Notes under the pieces: model-generated | Databases searched by the model: none | Seen by the model: only the letters and a program-made list of their open reading frames with translations | What the model was told of the DNA's origin: nothing | From: Azolla caroliniana | Taxonomy: Eukaryota > Plantae > Polypodiophyta | Assembly (NCBI GenBank): GCA_043228905.1 | Contig: JBHGNT010000637.1 | Location: 1-18,694 of the forward strand | DNA length: 18,694 nucleotides | Reading direction: 5' to 3' | Part shown: piece by piece, positions 8,523-18,591 of the stretch | Layout: every line of letters begins with the position of its first letter | How positions within the stretch are numbered: the stretch's first letter is position 1 | Position numbers and translations under genes: made by a program

Positions 8523-11500
8523 ATGAATACTCAAATGGGGAGCGCTCTCCCTACCGAGAAGTTGGATCGAAACAACTTCGCATCTTGGGAGTACAAGATG
8601 CACCAATACCTTGTCGGACAAGGCTATTGGAGCTACATCAAAGGAGCGCATGAAGACCGACCCGCCGAAGCGGCTCCCGGATACGCAACATGGGAGCAAG
8701 CCGCGTGATGTATTGTTTGGCAACATGTGTTCACGACCACATGCTCGGTTACATTCGAGAAGCCAAGTTGCCGAAGGAAGCGTGGGAAAATCTATGAAAG
8801 ATTTTCGCCGCCAACACGACCGCGAGGAAGCTTCAACTCCGCCAAGAGTTGAACAACATTCAACAAAGGGACATGTCCATCACGACATATACCTTGAAGA
8901 TCAAGGAGCTTTGCGACTCGCTCGACTCAATAAGCGTAAGTATAGGTGATGATGAGATGGTGCAAATATGCCTCGGTGGCCTCGCACCGCGGTTCGGCGC
9001 GATGCGAACCGCCGTTCTAGCACGGGAGAAATCTCCCTCCTTCTTCAAGCTCCAATCAATGCTATTGGTCAAAGAAAACCATGTGCATACAAGGAGCAAT
9101 GAGTCGGAAGGCCACATGCTCTACACGCACTCTAATGGAGGAAGAGGACGCGGACGAGCGAGAGGCCGATTTGGCCAAGGACAAGGCGGATGAGGTCCGA
9201 CCTACGATAACAACTCCCAACTTCGGCCGCAAAACGGAGGCCAACGAGGAACCTTCGCAAGAAGGGGGAGCTTCCACTCCGGCCGAGCCGTCAAAACGCA
9301 ACCGAATGCGAATATTGCGGAAAGCTCGGCAACCACGAAGAAGAGTGTCGAAAGAAGATGTGTGAATCGGCTTCCACAAGCCGACAACTCACGAATTACG
9401 CGCACAATTCCGACTACGAAGAGTGTAGCGGAATGTATGGGCACAACTCCGACTACGAAGATCGTGGCAGAATGTATGCATGGAACTCCGACCGTGGCGG
9501 AATGTTCATGATGAAACATAGAGCAAACTCTATGTCGGCCTCTACCTCAACTAATGCCCTCAATCCGGAGGACGTATGGTTTGTAGACTCCGGAGCCTCA
9601 AATCATATGACATCCCATAAAGAATGGTTTCTCGATCTTCGAGAGCCGGAGCGACCCGGTTATGTTGAAACCGGAGATGACACTACGCACCCGATTCGGC
9701 ACATCGGCAATGTTCCGTTCGGCGAAAGAGGTAAGCAAACATACATTAAAAATGTCTTGCATGTTCCCACCATCACAAAGAATTTGGTCTCGGTCGGCCA
9801 AATGGTTGAGCAAGGGATGCAAGTACGATTCGACCAAGAAGGGTGCTTCATCGAAAAAGAAGGCCGAATCATCACACGCGGAAGAAGAGAGGGCTGAATG
9901 TTCATTCTCGATTCACACGAGATGAAATCTGCCATGTTCGGGAAAAGCACGAAAGCCGACTCCAACATAGAGCTATGGCATAAGCGAATCGGCCACATCA
10001 ATCTCAACAAACTCAAAGCAATGAAGTCGAAAGGAGTCATCATCGGACTCCCGACATTCAAAGAGAAGGAGATTGAAGGTGTATGTGAAGCGTGCCAATT
10101 TGGCAAGCAACATCGACACCCATTCCCGAAGGAGCGGAATGTGAGCAAAGGCGTACTCGACGTAATTCATTCCGATGTATGGGGTTCGGCCCAAACGACG
10201 ACATTCGGCGGATGCCAGTATTACGTGCTCTTCATCGACGACTTTTCTAGGCACACTTGGATCTACCCGATGCGGCAAAAGAGCGAAGTGTTCGGACACT
10301 TCCAAAAGTTCAAGAATGAAGTCGAGAAAGCCACGAGCCGACATGTACGATGTCTTCGATCAGATGGCGGCAAGGAGTACTTCTCGGATGATTTCACGGC
10401 GTATCTCCGAAAGGAAGGAATTCGGCGAGAATTCACTTGCCGACACACTCCACAACAAAACGGAGTAGCCGAGCGCAAAAATCGGCACATCCTCGAAGTA
10501 GCATGGGCCATGATGAACGAGAAGCATATGCCCAAGTCATATTGGGCCGAAGCGGCAAATACGGCTGTCTACCTAATGAATTGGTGCACAACATCCGGCG
10601 TGCACGAGGTCACTCCGCACGAAAGATTCTTCAGAAAAAGCTGCACCTATCACATGTTCGGGTATTCGGCTCCATTGCGTACGTGCACATCCCCGACGAG
10701 AAACGTCAAAAGCTCGACCCGAAGTCAGAGAAATGTATCCTCGTAGGATACTCACTAGAGCAAAAGGGGTACAAGTGCTACAACCCCTCAACTCGAAAAT
10801 CTCAGGTAAGTTGAGACATCGTCTTTGACGAGTCAGCATCCTGGTACGCACCAGAGACAACTTCGCCTCTGACTCCGCTCGACCCAGAATCCACCGAACA
10901 AGAGATAGAGAATGAAGATCATCTTACGCGCATGTTCGAAGAAAGTCCGATCACGACCCGATTAAGCGGACCACAAGAGCCTTTGAGCAATCAAAGCACA
11001 TCACGGCCTAGCCCGAAGATGGACAAAGGCAAGGCGAAAATGGCGGAATATGAAGATGATTGCTTCATTGACGATGAGTCGACTCACTCACTCGACAGTG
11101 AGTTCGGCGGCTTCGAGGTACCAATCGGTGCTAAGAAAGCCCTCATTTCTGCAAATGAAAAGCTCCACCGATCCACTCGTGAAAAGAACCCCATAAGCCG
11201 ATTCGGCTACAATGATTACATGGCGTACCATTACGCCTTTATGATGAAGGTAGCGACAGTACGGGAGCTGGAAACCTTTTCGGAAGCCGCGAAGGACCCG
11301 CGATGGATCACACAAAAAGGCGATCGGATGCAGATGGATCTACAAAGTGAAGTACAACGCGGATGGTTCCGTCAACCGCTACAAAGCTCGACTCGTAGCG
11401 AAAGGATACGCTCAGACACATGGCGTCGACTACGAAGAGACCTTTGCCCCGGTGGCAAAGATGACGACGGTGCGAACCGTAATTGCGTTTGCCGCAGCGA

Positions 11501-12765
11501 AAGGGTGGCACCTCCATCAAATGGACGTCAAGAACGCCTTTCTACAAGGCGAATTAGAAGAGGAGGTGTACATGATCCAACCACCCGGCTTCAACTCGAG
11601 CACTCATCCAAAAGCCGTATGCCGACTCAAGAAGCCACTCTACGGCCTCAAGCAAGCACCGCGTGCTTGGCATTCGAAGATAACGCAATATCTTCATCAA
11701 ATTGGGTTTCGTATGTCAAAATCAGACAACTCCCTCTACATAAGAAGCGATTCCGCAAGTCCGATCGTCATCATCTTATATGTGGATGACCTAGTCATTG
11801 GAGGTGAGCATCTCGTCGAAATCAATAAGGTCAAATCCCTCCTTTCCGACAAGTTCGAGATGACGGACATGAAGGAGCTCCACTACTTCCTCGGCATCGA
11901 GGTAATTCAAACTCCGGCCGGAATCATGATCTCTCAACGGCACTACATCCTCAACCTGTTATACAAGTTCGGGATGGCTGAGTGCAAATCCGTGGCAACC
12001 CCACTCGATCGTAATCTCAAACTAGATGCGCACTCCAGCACCAAAGCGTGTGAGCCGACTCAGTATCGGCAACTCATCGGGAGTCTCATCTACCTCATGA
12101 TCACTCAACCCGATCTCAGTTATCCGGTCGGTCTCCTTAGCCAATTCATGCAAACACCGCGTGATACTCACTTGGATGGCGCTAAGCGAGTTCTACGATA
12201 CGTGAGCGGCACAATGGATTATGGCATCCTCTACAAGACCGCGATGCCAATACGACTCGAGGGGTACACAGACGCAGATTGGGTCGGCTACAAAGCTGAT
12301 AGAAGATCAACCTCCGGATTTGTTTTCTCCCTCGGTAGCGGAGCAATATCCTGGAGTAGCAAGAAGCAGCCCATCGTCGCTCTTTCGAGTACGGAGGCGG
12401 AATACAAGGGCGCAGACGTAGCTACGTGTGAAGTCGTATGGCTCAAGAGGATTTTGAAGGATCTGGGCGTACCCATCAAGGGTCCGACTTCCCTTTACTG
12501 CGACAACATGAGCAGTATCTATCTGGCTCGGAACCCGGTGTTCCACGCGCAGACAAAGCACATTGAACTACACTATCACTTCATTCGAGAGCGCGTTCTG
12601 GCTGGCGATGTCGACCTACAACACATAAGCACCAATCTTCAAACGGTTGACATCTTCACTAAAGCCTTAGGGGCCGACAAGCTATGACAATTCATGACCA
12701 ATCTCGGATTAACGATCCCTGACCTGCCAAGCTTGAGGGGGAGTACGCAAGACACTACGCAATAA
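8523..12765 (+). pseudogene. Copia gag-pol polyprotein pseudogene
   Basis: gag KLDRNNFASWEYKM; zinc knuckle CEYCGKLGNHEEEC (9307-9348); protease WFVDSGASNHMT; integrase LWHKRIGH...CEACQFGK, HSDVWG, LRSDGGKEY, PQQNGVAER; RT RYKARLVAKG, MDVKNAFL, LYGLKQAPRAW, YVDD; RNase H YTDADW, SSTEAEY, YCDN, KHIELHYHF. Stops at 8795, 9895 and 12685; frameshifts near 8705, 9200, 10635 and 11310. Natural stop TAA at 12763-12765. Confidence 0.96.
9397..9504 (+). repeat. In-frame 39-bp tandem repeat between zinc knuckle and protease
   Basis: Encodes YAHNSDYEECSGM / YGHNSDYEDRGRM / YAWNSD---RGGM, with units at 9397, 9436 and 9475. Confidence 0.9.
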
Positions 12766-12982
12766 CGCGTGGATCGCAACCACGCAACGAAGCAGCGAAG
12801 AGCCGATCTACCACGCAAAGCCGCGAAGAAAGACGCAAACCGAAGCACAGACTTCGCAACTACGCACAATGCAAGCAGGAGCACGGATTCCGCAACTCCG
12901 CATAAAGCGAGTCGACGCGGACTCCCGAACGTGAATTAAAGCGGATTTCGGATACCATCTGAAACCGACCCGACTTGAGCTT

Positions 12983-12991
12983 GAGGGGGCG
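12983..12991 (+). promoter_or_regulatory. Polypurine tract of the Copia element
   Basis: GAGGGGGCG directly precedes the 3' LTR TG at 12992. Confidence 0.9.
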
Positions 12992-13372
12992 TGTTGAGAA
13001 TCAAGCTCAACGTGGTCTAGTGTGTGAACTCACCTTGAGAGTGAAGAGACACTTCAACGGTCAAGAGTCACCATTATGTCACCACTTTGTATTCTAACAT
13101 TTAGTATGATTCATAGAATTATATGACACATAACTTATGAGCTTTCACATTCCCCATGCTCCATGAGCCTTGTAGTTAATGAAGAGAGAGGGTGACTACA
13201 TAAAGCACCCTCCTCCCACCTTGTATCATGTTGAGTCTTTCTCCTTTGCTAATATACTTAACCTTGCGTATACTCTGTCTCTGTCTCTGTCTCTGTCTCT
13301 CTCATACACACACATACACACACAATTCACACCTATTCCGCTTCACAAGAATCCATCTCTTGATTCTTTACA
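12992..13372 (+). repeat. Copia 3' LTR (381 bp)
   Basis: Matches the 5' LTR apart from about 6 substitutions, a 5-bp indel and a 30-bp shorter microsatellite. Confidence 0.97.
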
Positions 13373-14289
13373 TGCTTACATGATTACATGTTTTGCCCCT
13401 TGATGTATTGTAGTAGAGTCGATTGTCAAGTGTTCCCTCTCTCAAATTCCATTACCATGGAGTTGTGATCGACCTTTAGCGCGTTTGTGCCTCTGGAACT
13501 CAACACAATGTTTCACATACTCATATGTGTCTTTAAACATTGTGGAACACCATAAACCTAGCTAGAGGATCTTACATGTGGTGATGTTAGGTCTAATGCA
13601 TGTACCTCAATCACCAATATAATCTAATGCTCTAATATGCATCATTATAAGATATGTTCTTTGCTTTGTAGAGGTGTCCTAGTGTCATGATGAAAAACTC
13701 ACAATGGTGTAAGACTTATCTAGCAATCTCTTTACATAGTTGATAAAGGAACAAGAGCCCTTAGGTTAGGGCTCAAACAAGAGAAATGGTGCTTCATTAT
13801 CAATGCTAGAGGGGCCTTCACCACTAGTTAGGTGAGAGAAATAGTATGCCAATACGTGATCCCTCACTTTCTATACAAAGATTTTTAAACGAAACTCCAA
13901 TAGAGGCTGACAGGATATCCTATTCACAACATCGATCTTGTTCATCAATTATAAAAGTGATTGGTGATCCACACAGAAAAAGAAACATTAAGCCTATTAA
14001 TAGGTAGAGTTGAAACTTTTTGAGGTTGTATATCATCGGTAATGTTTACTTTTTACGATGTATGCCCGAAAAGGTTGAGCAAGAGAGTGAGCGTAACGCA
14101 CGAACAACACAACAACGTCTGCCCCCGATCCCCACAATAAAAAGCCCCTTCGTCTTGGTACTTACATACACCACACGCCATCCATTCATCATGTACATGT
14201 TAGAATAAGACTAGTAATAATAATGATAATAAGAAACCAGTAGCAATCATGTTTGTCTATATCTCTTGTTTCTTTGGTTTGCTTCTTCT

Positions 14290-14350
14290 TATGTGTATGT
14301 ATGTATGTATGTGTGTATGCATGTATGTATGTATATGCATTCATTCATTC
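14290..14350. repeat. (TATG)n/(CATT)n microsatellite upstream of ATP12
   Basis: TATGTGTATGTATGTATGTATGTGTGTATGCATGTATGTATGTATATGCATTCATTCATTC. Confidence 0.85.
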
Positions 14351-14372
14351 AATCATACTGAAGTATGTACAC

Positions 14373-14380
14373 TATAAAAT
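14373..14380 (+). promoter_or_regulatory. Candidate TATA box of ATP12
   Basis: TATAAAAT about 110 bp upstream of the ATG, followed by a pyrimidine-rich stretch. Supported by position only. Confidence 0.35.
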
Positions 14381-14484
14381 AAAATGCCCTGCCCTGCCCT
14401 GCACCTGTTTCATCTTTCCTTCTTGCTTCCTTACATAATAAAACTTGCAGTGAGGCAGCAGCAGGAGCAGAAGCAGCGTGCGTG

Positions 14485-14886
14485 ATGCATCTATGGCGGG
14501 GCATCGGGAGTAAGAAGAAGCTTCTCCTTCTTCCTCTTAGCAGCGGGGAGAGGGCCGGCACTGCCATCACTAGGCTCTTCTCACAGCAAGCATTGTCGTC
14601 ATTATCATCATCATCATCATCGGCAGCCAAACCCATGAGAGAGGAGGAGGGGGAGAACCTCCGAGAAGCATCAGCGCAGATGCCTGCATCGGCCCTTAGT
14701 GGGCCATCCATCGGCCGCCGCTTCTACAAGCGCGCCTATGCCGCCAGAGCTCCTGCTTCTCCGGAGGATGAGGATGGCTACGTGGTAATGCTGGATAATC
14801 GTATTCTGAAGACCCCCTCCAAGAAGCAGCTCAAGGTTCCCTCATTTGCCCTCGCTCATGCCATCGCAGCCGAGTGGGAGTATCAG
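14485..14886 (+). CDS. ATP12: ATP synthase mitochondrial F1 complex assembly factor 2, exon 1 (transit peptide plus N-terminal domain)
   Basis: ATG at 14485; Arg/Leu/Ser-rich presequence; GRRFYK, VMLDNRILKTP, VPSFALAHAIAAEWEYQ are ATP12-family motifs. Donor CAG|GT at 14886/14887, phase 0. Confidence 0.93.
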
Positions 14887-15012
14887 GTTCCTCTCTACCT
14901 ACACATTTTTGCATTTAGAATGATATGTATGCTTGCATGCAAAAGGTAATGCTCTAATCACTTGTGAGTGTGATGCTGTCTCCTCATGGGCATTGTCGTT
15001 TTCTTTTTGTAG

Positions 15013-15175
15013 GATCAAGAAGCCATTAGACCCTTCACCATGCCTTTAATGAAGCTCACATCCACTGCCATTGATAAAGTGCCAAAAGAAAGGGAGAAAA
15101 TTATAAAGAACCTGCTAGAGTTTTTCCACACAGATGCTGTCTGTTGTCGTGATAGAGATGATTCTCCTCTTGGTG
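15013..15175 (+). CDS. ATP12: ATP12 exon 2 (not in the ORF track)
   Basis: Acceptor TTTTTGTAG| at 15012; translates DQEAIRPFTMPLMKLTSTAIDKVPKEREKIIKNLLEFFHTDAVCCRDRDDSPLG; donor G|GTATGT at 15175/15176, phase 1. Confidence 0.93.
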
Positions 15176-15596
15176 GTATGTTATTAAACATAACTTTTGG
15201 AATGTAACACTGTGATACATGTTTGTACTTTTAGTTGATTACAGCCCTATTCGCTGTTTTTTTTTACTGCCATTATCGAGAAGAATTATCATATCCCATT
15301 AGATCGAATTCACATACATAATTTGAAGGGGAATATAAAGCACATAGATGGTATACTTTTTTGTAGGGGAAAAGAAGACTTTTGATTTGCTATTTACCTT
15401 AAAACCAATAGCAGTCAAGGTGTTAGAGGTTTATGGTGAATAAAGCTACATATTTCTGAACAGTTTGTGAGGCGTATTTTAAGGATTTTTTATTCGTTTT
15501 TACATCAACGCACCAAAGCAGAGTAGTCTGTAGCTCTTTTTTCATGAAGACTACATCAACATGCTGTAACATGTGATTCATGAAATGCTGTTGCAG

Positions 15597-15874
15597 AATT
15601 GCAAGCGGATGTATTGAATCCTTTGTTGGATTGGATAGAGAAAGAGTTTGGTCATAGACCAAGTCATTCAACAAATATTCTGGTTGATAACCAACCCGAT
15701 GAAGTTGTGGAGGCATTGGAAAAAGCCTTAAGGAAAGCCAATAATTGGCAATTAACAGCAGTGGATGCCCTCTCAGCAGCATCAAAGTCCCTCGTAGTTG
15801 CTATGGCTGTCGCCCGTGGCAAGCTAAGCATAGAAGAAGCGATCCAAGTGATTCGGCTCGAGGAAGACTTCCAG
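15597..15874 (+). CDS. ATP12: ATP12 exon 3; final exon(s) outside the window
   Basis: Acceptor TTGCAG| at 15596 joins exon 2 in frame (G+AA = Glu). Translates LQADVLNPLLDWIEKEFG...AASKSLVVAMA...IRLEEDFQ; donor CAG|GTAAAT at 15874/15875. Confidence 0.93.
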
Positions 15875-16864
15875 GTAAATTGATACAGATAATGTTAAAA
15901 TTCATTAGAAACACTGTACATATTTTGTGATTTTCAAGAGAAAACACCATGTGTCTTTTGTGATTTAATTACAAGAAATTACCAAACTGGTTTGTTTCTA
16001 TTGCTTCTTAGAGCGAAACTAGATTGAAATTTGTTTTTTCCAAAACATTTATTTAAGACTTTCTAGTATTTTGACAGGTTTCAAAAGTTTGTTTAATGGA
16101 TTTAGTAGGCTTTTCATAGAGAAATAATATAAAAATATGCATATCTTTTTGAATATGAACTCCCCATCTCTTTGGTATGATCATCAGCCTAGGTATTCCA
16201 CCGTTTCTCTGCATAGATGTCTTCCATCACTGCCCAACTCCATGTTTTGCTGGCACAACACTGCATACTAACATTTTTGGTACATTTTGTTTCAGTAAAA
16301 AATGCGAGGTATCTTCCTTCTGTTGCTGTTTTTTCTTTTCTTTTGGGGAATCCTTTTATAAATATTTAAAATATCTTTTGTTTATATTTATTGGTCCATG
16401 TGAGTATGAATAGAATTCTATTGTTTCAGAGTAGGGAACATGTTTCTCTTGTTTCCTTCTCCTCTGTTTTCTGACATACTAGTAATATGCATGATGCTAT
16501 CCCTTATTTTTTCCGTAAGCTAATGGGTTTTCCTAAAACACCCCCAATTTTATTGGATGTGATGATCACATCCCATCAGAAGCAGGCTCATAAAAACTAG
16601 GGTTTTTAATAATAATGTTTTTTTTATGGTATATTAAATACACACCAATTTAGTCAATATATTCAATGTTGTAGATAACTGACCTTAGAAGTTCAGCAAC
16701 TTAGCTTTTGAAATAGATCCCGAACTTTCACTCTTTATTTACTGAAGTCTTTTCGGTGTTATGGCACTTCGATTGATTCATTTATGTTTGCTTCAGTATT
16801 TGATTACATTAGCTGAAACAAGACCAATCATAGAAGACATTTCTAATTTGTATAACCTGTGTGT

Positions 16865-17468
16865 TGTTGATAGTTAGGCCCTTGTTATAACTTATTCACA
16901 TAACCTATATCAAGGTGGTTGCAACTCAATTAGAGTAAACCAAAATTTTTACAGAGCTTAAGAATTAAACTTGGAGCACAAATCAAGAAGTGTAAATAAG
17001 TGAATCCCAAGACTCTGTGAGAAAAGCTGTTAATAGCAGCAGCGGAAGACTTAAAACAAAATAGGCACAGCCAAGCTGTGAGAAGGCTGTTAGACAGCAG
17101 TAGAAAAAATGGTTGCAAAGAGTAGAGACACAGCCAAGGAATAGAGCTTGTTTTAAGTAGCAAAAAAGAAAATGAAAACTTATACAAAAGAGGCTGGTAT
17201 AGCCTATTTATACAAAATTGGGGAATGTGGGTGAAATGGCTATTTGGTAGTTAAGTGACTCTTGTACTACCAAACAGGTACAAAAAACTAGGAATATCTT
17301 GGAAAAGGTAGAGAGAAAAGGCATTTAAAGCATCGCAGATTCTAGAGAGAGAAGGCATTTAAAGAGTTGCAGATTCTAGAGAGAGAAGAATTTGAGAAAA
17401 GAGAGAATGTAGTACAAAGATAATAAATATGAAAGAGAGTGCAGGGCTGGAGCTGCCACCCTCCAACA
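16865..17468 (-). repeat. 3' LTR of the intronic Copia (~604 bp)
   Basis: Starts TGTTGGAG next to the PPT; TATAAATAGG on the minus strand at ~17203-17212; ends TATCAACA at 16865 (16862 is an alternative end). Contains a ~34-bp tandem repeat at ~17310-17395. Confidence 0.8.
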
Positions 17469-17475
17469 CCTCCTC

Positions 17476-18591
17476 TTAGCTCCAGAACGGCAGTCCAACA
17501 TTGAGTCGATCAAGGAGCTGATCAATGGCTTGCCTTGGAAGTGGCTTAGTAAATAAATCAGCCACATTTTCTTGAGTAGGGCAATATGCCAAGTTGATGA
17601 CTTGTGATTTCACTAAGTCACGAACAAAATGGTAGTGCACTTCGATGTGTTTTGTTCTACCATGAAATGCTGAGCTATGTGCCAAGGCACGTGCACTTTG
17701 GCTGTCGGTGAAAACTGCAATAGGAGAGGCTTGCAAAACACCAATGTGAGAAAACAATTGCATCAACCATAGCAACTCACAGCAAGTATCCAAGTAGGCG
17801 CGATATTCAGCTTCCGTCGATGAAGTAGAAACTGAGTTTTGCTTCTTCGATTTCCAAGAAATCAAGCCTGAACCTAACATAAAACAATAGCCAGATGTGG
17901 ACCTTCTAGAATCAATATCACCTGCCCAATCAGCATCTGAGTAGCCAACAAGCTCAATGCCGCCTCTAAAAGATAGACCATAGTCGAGTGTGTTGGCCAA
18001 ATACCGAAGAACTCGAATAGCTGCTTGCCAATGACTTTGTCTTGGAGCAGTTGAGAATTGGCTGAGAATACTCACGCTATAGGACAAATCAGGCCTGGTA
18101 TAAGTTAAGTGAAGAAGGGACCCGATTAATCTCCTATATTTCGTGATATCCTCAAATATGGGAGAATCGTCTTCACGAGATAGCTTTGAGTTTGGATCCA
18201 TTGGACAGGAGAGTGGCTTGCAATTTGTCATGCTATAGGTCTCAAGGAGCTGCCTGAGATACCTATGTTGGCTGAGAAAGATACCACCATGTGATTGATA
18301 GACCTCCATACCTATGAAATAATGGAGAAGTCCTAGATCAGTCATTTCAAAGGTTGTTTTGAGGTCAGCGCGGACCTCCTCGATTTTAGATGCAAGGGAC
18401 CCTGTAATTAGAAGGTCGTCAACATATAATATGATCAAGCAAAGCAAATTATCTTGGGAAAAAACATAGAGATTGCTGTCAGCATTACAGTTTTGAAACC
18501 CAAGAGAAAGAAAGAAGCTATCAATTTTGTCATGCCAAGCTTTGGGAGCTTGCTTTAAGCCATACAAGGCTTTGTGTAACTTGTAGACCAT
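17476..18591 (-). CDS. Copia reverse transcriptase C-half and RNase H (371 uninterrupted codons, partial)
   Basis: LYGLKQAPKAW, ILYVDDLLI, FEMTDLG, TRPDLSYSV, GYSDADWAGD, SSTEAEY, TDSQSA, TKHIEVHYHF, ADLFTKPL. Confidence 0.93.
   Translation of the reverse strand: MVYKLHKALYGLKQAPKAWHDKIDSFFLSLGFQNCNADSNLYVFSQDNLLCLIILYVDDLLITGSLASKIEEVRADLKTTFEMTDLGLLHYFIGMEVYQSHGGIFLSQHRYLRQLLETYSMTNCKPLSCPMDPNSKLSREDDSPIFEDITKYRRLIGSLLHLTYTRPDLSYSVSILSQFSTAPRQSHWQAAIRVLRYLANTLDYGLSFRGGIELVGYSDADWAGDIDSRRSTSGYCFMLGSGLISWKSKKQNSVSTSSTEAEYRAYLDTCCELLWLMQLFSHIGVLQASPIAVFTDSQSARALAHSSAFHGRTKHIEVHYHFVRDLVKSQVINLAYCPTQENVADLFTKPLPRQAIDQLLDRLNVGLPFWS

Larger units (their letters stand above)
7951..13372 (+). mobile_element. 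Full-length, inactivated Ty1/Copia LTR retrotransposon (5422 bp)
   Basis: Two LTRs TGTTGAGAAT...TCTTTACA, perfect TSD TGCTT (7946-7950 and 13373-13377), PBS, PPT, and domain order gag-PR-INT-RT-RH. Confidence 0.98.
7678..13576. mobile_element. Older solo LTR (~470 bp: 7678-7950 plus 13378-13576) split by the Copia insertion
   Basis: Termini TGTAGG (7678) and CTTACA (13576). Flanks TATGG (7673-7677) and TGTGG (13577-13581) would be a 5-bp TSD with one transition. Confidence 0.6.

Noticed and set aside
13582-14289. Possible further TE or gene remnants upstream of ATP12, including ORF 14020-14208
   Set aside because: I found no termini, TSD or protein motifs, so it is left as intergenic/promoter sequence.
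14349-14711. 120-aa antisense ORF with a poly-Asp run
   Set aside because: It is the reverse complement of the (TCA)n poly-Ser tract in ATP12 exon 1.
14887-14949. C-terminal extension VPLYLHIF... of the 14482-14949 ORF
   Set aside because: It is read-through into intron 1; ATP12 homology resumes at 15013 after a canonical acceptor.
16555-16600. Helitron 3' end (hairpin plus CTAG)
   Set aside because: The CTAG is ~23 bp from the hairpin, further than the usual ~10-12 bp, and is followed by G rather than T.
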